Positions 16,780-25,615 of a DNA stretch of 27,977 nucleotides are shown piece after piece (positions within the stretch are counted from its first letter, which is position 1; each line of letters starts with the position of its first letter). Position numbers and translations under genes: made by a program. The stretch comes from Pseudomonadota bacterium (GTDB taxonomy: Bacteria; Bdellovibrionota_B; Oligoflexia; Oligoflexales; RGVZ01): positions 1-27,977 of the forward strand of contig JBEGVZ010000047.1 in NCBI GenBank assembly GCA_041178085.1. The letters run 5' to 3'. Below the pieces are notes generated by a model. The model searched no databases and was not told where the DNA came from. It saw only the letters and a program-made list of their open reading frames with translations.

Positions 16780-17205
16780 TTAATCGACGACCTGGAGACC
16801 CATGCTGCGCGCAGAGCCGAGGATCGTGTTGACAGCCGCTTGCTCAGTGAAAGCATTGAGGTCTGCCATTTTTGCCTTCGCAACTTCTTTGACTGCCGAC
16901 ATCTTCACGGTTCCGCAGGTCGCCTTGCTAGGCGTCGAAGAACCTTTTTCGATTTTGGCTGCCTTTTTCAACATGTCAGACGCAGGCGGGCTCTTCGTAA
17001 TGAAAGAGAACGACTTGTCTGCGTACACCGTAATGATGGTGGGCAGGTTGTCGCCAGCCTGCTTTTGGGTGCGCGCGTTGAATTCCTTGCAGAACGCCAT
17101 GATGTTGACACCGCGCTGACCGAGCGCCGGGCCGACTGGAGGCGACGGATTCGCCTTGCCTGCAGGGATTTGAAGCTTGATTAAACCGACTACTTTCTTT
17201 GCCAC
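16780..17205 (-). CDS. rplK: 50S ribosomal protein L11
   Basis: GTG start with [42 protein letters not shown]. Confidence 0.99.
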   Translation of the reverse strand: MAKKVVGLIKLQIPAGKANPSPPVGPALGQRGVNIMAFCKEFNARTQKQAGDNLPTIITVYADKSFSFITKSPPASDMLKKAAKIEKGSSTPSKATCGTVKMSAVKEVAKAKMADLNAFTEQAAVNTILGSARSMGLQVVD

Positions 17206-17259
17206 AGAAGCCTCCTAAAAACGGCGAACCGCTTCTAGACCTTATAAGAAGAGCCCCAT

Positions 17260-17288
17260 CGTCTACGGGAAACGCCTCAGCGTGTCAA
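17260..17288 (-). promoter_or_regulatory. Putative sigma70 promoter of rplK
   Basis: Minus strand perfect TTGACA (17288-17283), 17-nt spacer, TAGACG (17265-17260). Confidence 0.6.
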
Positions 17289-17316
17289 CGATTTTCAGGG
17301 CTGGTTTTTCTGATTC

Positions 17317-17868
17317 CTACTTAACGCTTTTCTCGACCTGGGTGTAATCCAGCTCGACCGGCGTCTCACGACCGAAAATGCTAACCAGAATGCGGAGTTT
17401 CATCTTATCCGGACGAACCTCGTCGACGATCCCGTCAAAGTTGGTGAACGGACCGTCCTTCACCTTGACCGTCTCGCCCTTCTCGAACTCGATCTGAGCA
17501 ACAACCTTGCGAGCCTGCTCAGCCATCGCCTCAGGCGAGGTCAGCCGCAGGACTTCCTGGTCCGAAATCGGACGAGGACTGCGGGCGTTACCAACAAATC
17601 CGGTGATTTTAGGCGTCTCGCGCACCAGCAAGCTGGTGTCATCGTCAAAGGCCATCTCAACCAGGATATAACCGGGGAAGGAGGTCTTCTCGACCCGCTT
17701 CTTTTTGCCACTCTTGAGGACCTGCTCGGTCGCCGTACGCGGCACGAAAATCTGGCCAAACTTTTCCACCATGTTGTGGAGCTTGATCCGCTCGAGCAGA
17801 CCCTGACGGGCTTTCTCCTCGAAACCGGAGTAAGTATGGACAACGTACCACTTCTTGGTCGCGGTCAT
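17317..17868 (-). CDS. nusG: Transcription termination/antitermination factor NusG
   Basis: [24 protein letters not shown] domain with [23 protein letters not shown] at 17868 with AAGGTG upstream. Confidence 0.98.
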   Translation of the reverse strand: MTATKKWYVVHTYSGFEEKARQGLLERIKLHNMVEKFGQIFVPRTATEQVLKSGKKKRVEKTSFPGYILVEMAFDDDTSLLVRETPKITGFVGNARSPRPISDQEVLRLTSPEAMAEQARKVVAQIEFEKGETVKVKDGPFTNFDGIVDEVRPDKMKLRILVSIFGRETPVELDYTQVEKSVK

Positions 17869-17911
17869 GACAGTCACCTTGAAGCCTTCTTTCTTTAAAG
17901 CAAAACCGGGC

Positions 17912-18292
17912 TCAGGCGATCAGAAGCTTCAGCAGCTTCGCCCAGGCCACGTCAAATACCGTAAGGATGACCGAGAAAACAGCCACCACCACGCAAACAA
18001 TCACAGTCATCTTGCGCGTGTCTTCCATACTCGGCCACGACACCTTGCGCAACTCCGCAATGCAGTTCAGGAAGTATTCGTGGCGCTCCGGACTGGAATT
18101 CAACCACCAGGCCGCCAGAGCCCCGACTGCAAGACTCATCACCACAAGGGTCGCCGGCAACCACGCTTCAAACTTGTCCGTCCACCCTTTGCTGATGGCC
18201 ACGGAGTTCAAGGCTTGCCAGGACACCAACGCAATACAAACGCCGAACAGGGTCAAACCTACGTTCAGCCACGTTGAATCGTCTTTTTGCAC
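17912..18292 (-). CDS. secE: Preprotein translocase SecE (3-TM form)
   Basis: ELRKVSWPS.EDT motif and three hydrophobic segments. Start reassigned to GTG 18292 (AAGGA SD) because the longer ORF overlaps tRNA-Trp. Confidence 0.93.
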   Translation of the reverse strand: MQKDDSTWLNVGLTLFGVCIALVSWQALNSVAISKGWTDKFEAWLPATLVVMSLAVGALAAWWLNSSPERHEYFLNCIAELRKVSWPSMEDTRKMTVIVCVVVAVFSVILTVFDVAWAKLLKLLIA

Positions 18293-18318
18293 GTCGCAAA
18301 TCCTTTTTTGCCAGATCG

Positions 18319-18394
18319 TGGCAGGCGAGGTGGGATTCGAACCCACAACCTACGGATTTGGAATCCGCCGCTCTACCGTTAGAGCTACTCGCCT
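18319..18394 (-). tRNA. tRNA-Trp(CCA)
   Basis: Acceptor AGGCGAG/CTCGCCT, anticodon arm GCGGA-TT-CCA-AA-TCCGT, TTCGAAT, CCA end. Confidence 0.97.
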
Positions 18395-18408
18395 TCCCTT
18401 TGTGAACC

Positions 18409-18457
18409 AGACCCCGCCCCGACCCCCAACAACTTGGCCAGGTCAAAGGCGGGGTCT
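18409..18457. other. Stem-loop between tuf and tRNA-Trp
   Basis: AGACCCCGCC (18409-18418) and GGCGGGGTCT (18448-18457) form a perfect 10-bp stem with inner GACC/GGTC. No clear U-tract. Confidence 0.5.
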
Positions 18458-18501
18458 CGAAAACCAGAACACGTCAAACAAGCATCCGAGATCTTGCGAA
18501 A

Positions 18502-19695
18502 TTACTCGATGATCTCAGCAACAACACCGGCGCCAACCGTACGTCCACCTTCGCGGATAGCGAAGCGGAGTTCCTTGTCCATGGCGATCGGGGTGATCAG
18601 CTCAACTTCCATGGCGATGTTGTCGCCTGGCATAACCATCTCAACGTTGTCAGGCAGCTTGATGTTGCCGGTCACGTCGGTGGTGCGGAAGTAGAACTGA
18701 GGACGGTAACCTTTGAAGAACGGGGTATGGCGACCGCCTTCTTCCTTGGTCAACACGTACACTTGGGCCTTGAACTTCTTGTGCGGGGTGATGGAACCCG
18801 GCTTGGCCAGAACCTGGCCGCGGACCACTTCCTCGCGCTTCGTACCGCGGAGGAGGATACCGCAGTTGTCGCCTGCACGACCGTCGTCGAGCAGCTTGCG
18901 GAACATTTCCACACCGGTACAAACGGTCTTTGTCGTCGGCTTCACGCCAACGATCTCGATTTCATCGCCAGCTTTCACGACACCGCGCTCGATACGGCCG
19001 GTCACTACAGTACCGCGACCAGAGATCGAGAACACGTCTTCGATCGGCATCAGGAACGGACGGTCAACCGGACGCTCAGGCAGCGGAATGTAGCTGTCAC
19101 ATGAGTCGATCAGCTCAACCACTTTCTTGCCCCACTCACTGGTCGGGTCACCCGACTCGAGAGCCTTAAGAGCGGAACCGCGGATGATCGGGGTTTCGTC
19201 GCCAGGGAACTTGTAGGTGGAGAGAAGTTCACGGACTTCCATCTCGACGAGGTCGAGAAGTTCCGGATCGTCCACCATGTCACACTTGTTCATGAACACA
19301 ACGATACGCGGCACACCAACCTGGCGGGCCAGCAGGATGTGCTCGCGGGTCTGCGGCATGGGGCCGTCAGCTGCGGACACAACGAGGATCGCGCCGTCCA
19401 TCTGCGCTGCACCGGTAATCATGTTCTTCACGTAGTCAGCGTGACCCGGGCAGTCCACGTGAGCGTAGTGACGCTCTTTGGACTCGTACTCAACGTGCGA
19501 GGTCGAGATGGTGATACCGCGCGCTTTTTCTTCCGGAGACTTGTCGATCTGGTCGAATGCCAGGGCCTGTCCACCGTGAGCAGCCGCCATCACCTTGGTG
19601 ATCGCTGCGGTCAACGTGGTTTTACCATGGTCAACGTGACCGATAGTGCCGATGTTGACGTGGGGTTTCTTACGCTCAAACTTCTCTTTTGCCAT
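18502..19695 (-). CDS. tuf: Elongation factor Tu
   Basis: [43 protein letters not shown]. Confidence 0.99.
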   Translation of the reverse strand: MAKEKFERKKPHVNIGTIGHVDHGKTTLTAAITKVMAAAHGGQALAFDQIDKSPEEKARGITISTSHVEYESKERHYAHVDCPGHADYVKNMITGAAQMDGAILVVSAADGPMPQTREHILLARQVGVPRIVVFMNKCDMVDDPELLDLVEMEVRELLSTYKFPGDETPIIRGSALKALESGDPTSEWGKKVVELIDSCDSYIPLPERPVDRPFLMPIEDVFSISGRGTVVTGRIERGVVKAGDEIEIVGVKPTTKTVCTGVEMFRKLLDDGRAGDNCGILLRGTKREEVVRGQVLAKPGSITPHKKFKAQVYVLTKEEGGRHTPFFKGYRPQFYFRTTDVTGNIKLPDNVEMVMPGDNIAMEVELITPIAMDKELRFAIREGGRTVGAGVVAEIIE

Positions 19696-19860
19696 TTCTT
19701 CCTCCCGCTATGGCACTTCGCTTGCAAACACGCACAAGCAAAATTTCAGATTCGGATAAACATAACAACAAGCAAACAAAACACGACTGTAAATAGAACC
19801 GCGAAACACTGACTCACAACTTTCAGCCACAACTGTCAGTCACCGGACTGGCCTGGTGAC

Positions 19861-19936
19861 TGGAGCCCAGGACGGGATTTGAACCCGTGACCTCGTCCTT
19901 ACCAAGGACGTGCTCTACCGACTGAGCTACCTGGGC
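19861..19936 (-). tRNA. tRNA-Thr(GGT)
   Basis: Acceptor GCCCAGG/CCTGGGC, anticodon arm CGTCC-TT-GGT-AA-GGACG, CCA end. Confidence 0.97.
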
Positions 19937-19940
19937 TTTC

Positions 19941-20016
19941 TGGAGCGGGAAACGGGATTCGAACCCGCGACCCTTAGCTTGGAAGGCTAATGCTCTACCA
20001 ACTGAGCTACTCCCGC
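19941..20016 (-). tRNA. tRNA-Gly(TCC)
   Basis: Acceptor GCGGGAG/TTCCCGC, anticodon arm TTAGC-CT-TCC-AA-GCTAA, CCA end. Confidence 0.97.
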
Positions 20017-20081
20017 CCGCTAACTGCAAAACCTCCGGCAACAACCCACGACCAGCAAAAAGCTACCTCCGGTGAAGGAGG

Positions 20082-20167
20082 TGGTGGATGGAGAAGGATT
20101 CGAACCTTCGAAGACTTACGTCAACGGGTTTACAGCCCGTCCCCTTTGGCCACTCGGGCATCCATCC
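20082..20167 (-). tRNA. tRNA-Tyr(GTA)
   Basis: Acceptor GGATGGA/TCCATCC, anticodon arm ACGGG-CT-GTA-AA-CCCGT, long variable arm, CCA end. Confidence 0.97.
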
Positions 20168-20197
20168 GGACTTTTCGCACGTCGGGGAGCTAATCAA

Positions 20198-20273
20198 TGG
20201 AGCTGGCGATGGGACTTGAACCCGCAACCTGCTGATTACAAATCAGCTGCTCTACCGATTGAGCTACGCCAGC
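20198..20273 (-). tRNA. tRNA-Thr(TGT)
   Basis: Acceptor GCTGGCG/CGCCAGC, anticodon arm GCTGA-TT-TGT-AA-TCAGC, CCA end. Canonical thrU-tyrU-glyT-thrT-tuf order. Confidence 0.97.
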
Positions 20274-20376
20274 GCGAAGGCTCCATTCCGCCTCAAAACC
20301 AGCCAAATTCTCAAGAGACAGTGGCCGGAATTTTCCGCAGAATGCTGTGGGGTAATACTTGAACTGCAATGATCAG

Positions 20377-21126
20377 TCAACGACTTGTGCCGAGCTGTTG
20401 CATCAAGATTCCGGCCGCCACAGAGACGTTGAGTGACTCAAGCCCCCCCGGTCGCCCGGCGATCGATACCAGCCGGTCACACTTGGTGCGGATACCTGCG
20501 GCCAGGCCAGATTCCTCGGAACCCATGACCAGCACGATTTTGCCGTATTTTGAACCCCGGATGGCGTCAATCGATTCCCCGCCCATGTCCGCGCCGATGA
20601 TCCAGTAACCAAGCTCCTTGAGCTCCTCCAGGGCCCGCCCCAGATTGACCACAACCACAAGGTCACAAAGGGCGAATCCACCCTGGGCGGTGTTGACCGA
20701 TGCGTTGGCCAGCAAAGCCTGGCGACGCTCCGGAACCAGAACCTCCCGGATACCGAAAAAAGCTGCTGTCCGGACCATCGCGCCGACATTGCGCGGATCC
20801 ACCACGTGGTCCAGAGCAAGGATCAGGTCACCCTTTGCTTCTTGCCGCTCCTTGACGGCCTTGAAGAAGTCCCCCTGATCAAGTGACTCGAGGGCAATCT
20901 CAGCCCAAACGGGAGACGCTCGCCCCGCCTGCAGCTCCTCTTTGGAAGGTGCAAACCGCTTTGGCGTTACGGAGTATGGGCCAAGGGCTGCATTCGCTTC
21001 CCGGGCAGCTGCATCCGTGCACCAGACTGAACGGACAATATTGGGGCGATGGCGCAAGTACTCGAGCACCGAGGCAAGCCCCTCAACCCGGAACAAATCT
21101 TTCGCACCTGAGCTGCGTTGCTTCAC
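20377..21126 (-). CDS. rlmB: SPOUT/TrmH-family RNA 2'-O-methyltransferase, RlmB-like
   Basis: LALDHVVDPRNVGAMVRTAAFFG, LVMGSEESGL, LESLNVSVAAGI. Start reassigned to GTG 21126, which overlaps the upstream TGA (GTGA). Confidence 0.85.
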   Translation of the reverse strand: MKQRSSGAKDLFRVEGLASVLEYLRHRPNIVRSVWCTDAAAREANAALGPYSVTPKRFAPSKEELQAGRASPVWAEIALESLDQGDFFKAVKERQEAKGDLILALDHVVDPRNVGAMVRTAAFFGIREVLVPERRQALLANASVNTAQGGFALCDLVVVVNLGRALEELKELGYWIIGADMGGESIDAIRGSKYGKIVLVMGSEESGLAAGIRTKCDRLVSIAGRPGGLESLNVSVAAGILMQQLGTSR

Positions 21127-22604
21127 GATTCGGTCTTCACTTTCTTCATGTCCACCCCCCAGCCCTTGAGCTTTTTGTGCAGGTGGCTGCGCTCGAGGCC
21201 AATCGCTTCGGCGGTCTTGGTTATGTTCCACTGGTTTTCATTCAAGCGTTCGAGCACGAAGTTCCGCTCAAAATCCGACTTCGCCTGTTTCAGGCTGCCC
21301 GGGCCCATGATGGGGGATGCAGCAACCGGCCGCTCATGCTGCTCTGACTGGACATGACGGACCATCGCCTCCGGCAGGTCGGCGACATCGATCTCATGAT
21401 CGAAGACGATGATGCAGAGACGCTCTAACAGGTTCTTGAGTTCACGCACATTCCCTGGCCACGGGTAATTGACGAATACTTCCAGTGCTTCGTCAGTCAA
21501 TTGCTTGCGGGGCTCCTGAAGCTCAAATGCAAGCTGATCCAGGAAAAACTCGGCAAGGTAAGGAATGTCCTCACGCCGTTCGCGCAAAGGCGGGATGTAA
21601 ACCGGGATGACGTTGAGGCGGTGATACAGATCTTCACGGAACCGTCCGGCCTTGATCTCGGTTTGCAGGTCCTTGTTGGTGGCGGCGAGCACCCGGACAT
21701 CGACATCGATCGACTGGCTGTCGCCAAGCCGTTCGAAACGCTGCTCCTGCAGGATGCGCAGGATCTTTGCCTGGGTGCGCAGCGACATGTCCCCAATCTC
21801 ATCCAGGAACAGCGTCCCGCCGTTGGCCAGCTCGAACTTCCCTTTTTTGGCGGCGAAGGCACTGGTGAACGCGCCCTTGGCGTGACCGAACAACTCGGAC
21901 TCGATCAGTTCCTCGGGAATTGCCGCGCAATTCACCGCAATAAATGGCTTTTGAGCGCGCGGGCTGGCCGCATGGATGCAGCGCGCAACCACTTCCTTCC
22001 CTGTTCCATTTTCCCCTGTGACCAGCACCCAGCTGTTGCGCGGACCCACGGTTTCAATCATGCGCCGGACATTCGCCGTGGCAGGAGCAACCCCGCGGAA
22101 CTGATTTTCCACACCGCGCTTGACCGATTTGGAACTCGGCCCGGAAAATACGGCGGCATTGACTGAGACCTCGGTCGGCGCGTCACCACGCTCAGCCTGG
22201 GACCGCCGACGATCGCGCAACTCCGCTGCATGGGCGGTCATTGGCAGGAGTTTATCCAGGGACAGCGGCTTTTCGAGGAAGTCAAAGGCACCAAGCTTCG
22301 TGCACTTGACGGCCGTATCAATCGTGCCGTGACCACTCATGATGACCACCGGAATATCATCGCGCAGGGCTTTGAGCCGTTGCAGCGTCTCAATCCCGTC
22401 AAGACCAGGCATCCAGACGTCCAGCAACACCAGGTCAGGCGCTTCGGCCTTGAACCGCTGAATGCCTTCGTGTCCAGAGATGGCATGAACGGCGCGCCAC
22501 CCCTCGTCGGCCAGCACACCACACAGCGCGTGGCAAATGCTGACCTCATCGTCAATGACAAGGGCCAGAGGCTTGTTTCCTGCAACTGTCGTGACTTCAG
22601 TCAT
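21123..22604 (-). CDS. ntrX: Sigma54-dependent response regulator, NtrX/NtrC family
   Basis: Receiver domain (VIDDE, LLDVWMP, EKP), Walker A GENGTGKE, GAFTSA, Walker B LFLDEIGD, FREDLYHRLNV, Fis-type HTH. Start at ATG 22604 (ATGA overlap with the kinase stop). Confidence 0.88.
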   Translation of the reverse strand: MTEVTTVAGNKPLALVIDDEVSICHALCGVLADEGWRAVHAISGHEGIQRFKAEAPDLVLLDVWMPGLDGIETLQRLKALRDDIPVVIMSGHGTIDTAVKCTKLGAFDFLEKPLSLDKLLPMTAHAAELRDRRRSQAERGDAPTEVSVNAAVFSGPSSKSVKRGVENQFRGVAPATANVRRMIETVGPRNSWVLVTGENGTGKEVVARCIHAASPRAQKPFIAVNCAAIPEELIESELFGHAKGAFTSAFAAKKGKFELANGGTLFLDEIGDMSLRTQAKILRILQEQRFERLGDSQSIDVDVRVLAATNKDLQTEIKAGRFREDLYHRLNVIPVYIPPLRERREDIPYLAEFFLDQLAFELQEPRKQLTDEALEVFVNYPWPGNVRELKNLLERLCIIVFDHEIDVADLPEAMVRHVQSEQHERPVAASPIMGPGSLKQAKSDFERNFVLERLNENQWNITKTAEAIGLERSHLHKKLKGWGVDMKKVKTES

Positions 22605-24904
22605 GTTGAAACCCACTCCGACGGCCGAGTCTGGGCCAGTTCACGACCCAGCGGCAATTCAATCACGACCGTGGTGCCACCCGCCGGCGTGTCTGTGATT
22701 CGCACGTAACCCCCATGATCAGACACGATCTGGTTGACGATCGCAAGGCCGAGTCCAGTGCCGCCCGCGCGCGCAGAGAAATAAGGTTCAAGGACACGGT
22801 CCTTGAGGCCATCGGGAATGCCACAACCGAAATCAACGACTTCCACGCGCACCGCATTGGCGTCAGGAACCAGGCGGGAGTGGAATTCGATGCGGGCCGG
22901 GCGACTGACGCCCTCGAAGGCAGCAATGGCGTTGGACACCAGGTTTACGAAAACCCGGTTCAACTGTTCGCGATCGATCGGCAGGTCGGGTAGTTCACCC
23001 AATCCGTCCGTCACTAGCTCAACTTCCGGGTAGCTCATCCGGTAGAGGTTCACGACATCCATGATCACGGCGTTGACACTGCCCATCCGGGGCTGGATCG
23101 AAGGCAGGCGCGCAAACTTGGAAAATTCATTGACGAGATCACGCAAAGAGTCGACCTGAACAACAATGGTGTCAATGCAGGATTCAAAAACCTGCCGGTC
23201 TTCTCCTGAGAACTTCTCGCCGAAACGACGAAGAAGCCGCTGAGCGCTCAGCTTGATCGGCGTGACCGGATTCTTGATCTCGTGGGCAATACGCCGCGCG
23301 ACCTCGCGCCATGCGGCAACGCGCTGAGCCTTGACCTGTTCCGTGGCATCGTCGAATACAACAATGGATCCGCGATCCTCGCCAGTCTCGTCGTAGATCC
23401 GGGTGGCTTCGGCGAGCAGGGTCATGATCCGTCCGCCCACATCTACTTCAAGCTGCCCCGAAAAAGAGGAGTGCCGGCCTATCCGCGCCGCAACAGGTCG
23501 CCAGAAATCCTCATTCAGTGTGGGGCCAAGCGCGTCCGCCGCCAGCTTGCCCGAGGCGGTTGAAGCTTCGATACCCAGGATGCGCTCCGCCGCGCGGTTG
23601 ACGGTCGTCACACGGTCCGAAGGGTCCACAGCCATGACGCCGGTGTTCACATTTTTAAGAATCACCTCCATGTATCGGCGGCGCTGATCTAGCTCCACGT
23701 TGGTGCTGCGCAAACGGGCCTGGGAAGCCTCGACATCCTTCTTGTGTTGGCGCAGGTCACGGGTCATCTGGTTGAACGAGCGCACCAGCTGGCCGATCTC
23801 ATCATCGTTTTTGGGCATGAGGGAAATGCTGTAGTTGCCGAGGGCGATCTCACGTGTTGCCTCGGCCAGGCTCTGGAGTGGCCCGGTGATGGTCCTGGCC
23901 ACGTAAAAACCAAGCCAGACCGCCGTGAAGGTAATCATGAGTACCATCATGACCATGAGGATCAAAAAGCTGACCCGGATGATCTGTGCGCCGGGACGAA
24001 GGGAAGCAAAGCCGGCAAGAATTGTCTCGATACTGTTGAGGATCCTGGTCTCGAAGTATTCCTCGATCACCACGGCACCAGCCAGTTCACCTGATTCCCG
24101 GTCGCGGACTGGTGCTATCCCGCGCACGACGTCCCGGCGTTCGTCGCCCTCCACGGAACCGATGGACACCAATCCAGGATCAGCCTCGAAGCGTTCCAGG
24201 GCAGACATGATAAAAAGGTCAGGCGCCGCACGACGCAGTCGAACTGGCGCAGAACGAACCAGTGAACCACCACGATCCACCACCAGGACGGCCTTGACGC
24301 CATACTCTCCTTCGAATCCATCGAGCTGGCGGGAATTCAATTTCCACACCGGATAACCAGCCACCCAGCCAGCGCGCCGTGCCGAAACCTTTTCCACGGC
24401 AATGCGGGCCAGCCCGTCAATTCGCTTCTGGTCCTGCCGATAGATGCGGGCGCCGGCCTCGCGCGTCTGCTGCATCGTGGTGCGGACACGCTCCGAGAAC
24501 CATTCGTCAAAACTGCGGGAAATGAAGCCTGTTGACACGTAAAACAGAACCAATGTTGGAACCAGGGCAAAGACCACGAGAATCGTGACCAGCTTGATTT
24601 TGAGGCGAGATCCCAGCACCCCGCGGCGGCGATCGATGAGCAGCTTGATCACATTGCGGAAGATCAGGAAGCTCAAAACCAGGATCAGGATCACGTTAAT
24701 GTTGATGATCCCGAAATAAATGACGGTACTGATAAAGTGACGGTTCTGGGAGAGGCTCTCGCTCAGGTGGAACAGGCGCGTCTCAAGCACGCCGGTCGCA
24801 CCCAGCATGAGCGCAGCAAGGATAACCGCGGCGGCCTCAAGGATCCTGCGGCGCTTGCCTTGAAAACCGAACCGCCTGCGATGTTTCGTGGCCAGACGCC
24901 GCAA
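22601..24904 (-). CDS. ntrY: NtrY-like membrane sensor histidine kinase (multi-TM, HAMP, PAS, HisKA, HATPase)
   Basis: SFDEWFS, HAMP (PLQSLAEATREIA.GN..DEIGQLVRSFNQM), AQRVAAWREVARRIAHEIKNPVTPIKLSAQRL, G boxes DFGCGI and GGTGLGLAIV. Confidence 0.9.
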   Translation of the reverse strand: MRRLATKHRRRFGFQGKRRRILEAAAVILAALMLGATGVLETRLFHLSESLSQNRHFISTVIYFGIININVILILVLSFLIFRNVIKLLIDRRRGVLGSRLKIKLVTILVVFALVPTLVLFYVSTGFISRSFDEWFSERVRTTMQQTREAGARIYRQDQKRIDGLARIAVEKVSARRAGWVAGYPVWKLNSRQLDGFEGEYGVKAVLVVDRGGSLVRSAPVRLRRAAPDLFIMSALERFEADPGLVSIGSVEGDERRDVVRGIAPVRDRESGELAGAVVIEEYFETRILNSIETILAGFASLRPGAQIIRVSFLILMVMMVLMITFTAVWLGFYVARTITGPLQSLAEATREIALGNYSISLMPKNDDEIGQLVRSFNQMTRDLRQHKKDVEASQARLRSTNVELDQRRRYMEVILKNVNTGVMAVDPSDRVTTVNRAAERILGIEASTASGKLAADALGPTLNEDFWRPVAARIGRHSSFSGQLEVDVGGRIMTLLAEATRIYDETGEDRGSIVVFDDATEQVKAQRVAAWREVARRIAHEIKNPVTPIKLSAQRLLRRFGEKFSGEDRQVFESCIDTIVVQVDSLRDLVNEFSKFARLPSIQPRMGSVNAVIMDVVNLYRMSYPEVELVTDGLGELPDLPIDREQLNRVFVNLVSNAIAAFEGVSRPARIEFHSRLVPDANAVRVEVVDFGCGIPDGLKDRVLEPYFSARAGGTGLGLAIVNQIVSDHGGYVRITDTPAGGTTVVIELPLGRELAQTRPSEWVST

Positions 24905-24922
24905 ACTGCAATTCCTTCCCGC

Positions 24923-25576
24923 TCAACGCGGCTTACCCACCGGCAAGTGAATCTGTCCAAAGACCCGGTTGCGGTACTTGAACCGAATGCCCCCTCCAGG
25001 CAAGGGTTCAACCTCCACCTTTGCCGGGTCGGGAATGTTCGAACGGATCGATTCAAGCCGGATCTGGTCATCAGGCCGAAGCTTGATTCGCCCGCCGGGC
25101 AGGACCGTAACCGGACTGCCATTAACCAGCATCACCGCATAATCAAAGCGGGGCTCGGCGACAACCAGTTTGATGTTGCCCATGACCCGGTCGCCGGCAC
25201 GGATGACGACCCGGTAGTTCTTTTTCAACATCGCAGAGGTGTGGATGACCGCGCCTGCCTCGTTGCGGGGCCCGGCCGGGTTATTCTCAGGAGCAAGCTC
25301 GAATTCCTCAACGTCAATCGCAGCGTTGGCAAGGCTTCCACCCGGTGCGTTATGAAAAACCGCCCGTTCCAGAACGACATCGTCGCCGCGATAAAGATCC
25401 AAGTCCTGCCCGGGGCGGACAGCGGTTTTTTCCCCATTGATAGAAACCAGGACGTGCGCCAGGGTGGGTCGCAGTCGTTTGCCCCCTGCCGCAAGTGCGT
25501 TGCCCCCGGTGACGGACACCAGGAAAAAGGTTGCGATCAAATTCACTACAGCCATCGAAGCCGCTGAAATTCTCAT
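24923..25576 (-). CDS. Hypothetical exported protein with two internal beta-rich repeats
   Basis: GGAGG SD, signal peptide ending ALA, repeats HVLVSINGEKTAVRPGQDLDLYRGDDVVLE and YAVMLVNGSPVTVLPGGRIKLRPDDQIRLE. Ends 18 nt before ntrY. Confidence 0.75.
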   Translation of the reverse strand: MRISAASMAVVNLIATFFLVSVTGGNALAAGGKRLRPTLAHVLVSINGEKTAVRPGQDLDLYRGDDVVLERAVFHNAPGGSLANAAIDVEEFELAPENNPAGPRNEAGAVIHTSAMLKKNYRVVIRAGDRVMGNIKLVVAEPRFDYAVMLVNGSPVTVLPGGRIKLRPDDQIRLESIRSNIPDPAKVEVEPLPGGGIRFKYRNRVFGQIHLPVGKPR

Positions 25577-25577
25577 G

Positions 25578-25606
25578 TTGACTGGCCTCCCCTGTCAGGC
25601 AACGAT
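25578..25606 (+). promoter_or_regulatory. Putative promoter for the recombinase-like gene in a 39-bp divergent gap
   Basis: TTGACT (25578-25583), 17-nt spacer, AACGAT (25601-25606). ATG follows at 25616 with no SD. Confidence 0.35.
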
Positions 25607-25615
25607 ACCCCAATC

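Noticed and set aside
20290..20330. Sigma54 or sigma70 promoter for the tRNA-Thr cluster
   Set aside because: TTGAGA has no acceptable -10 at 17 bp, and the TGGC..TTG spacing does not fit -24/-12.
19823..20362. Short ORFs over the tRNA cluster
   Set aside because: They coincide with four complete tRNA genes.
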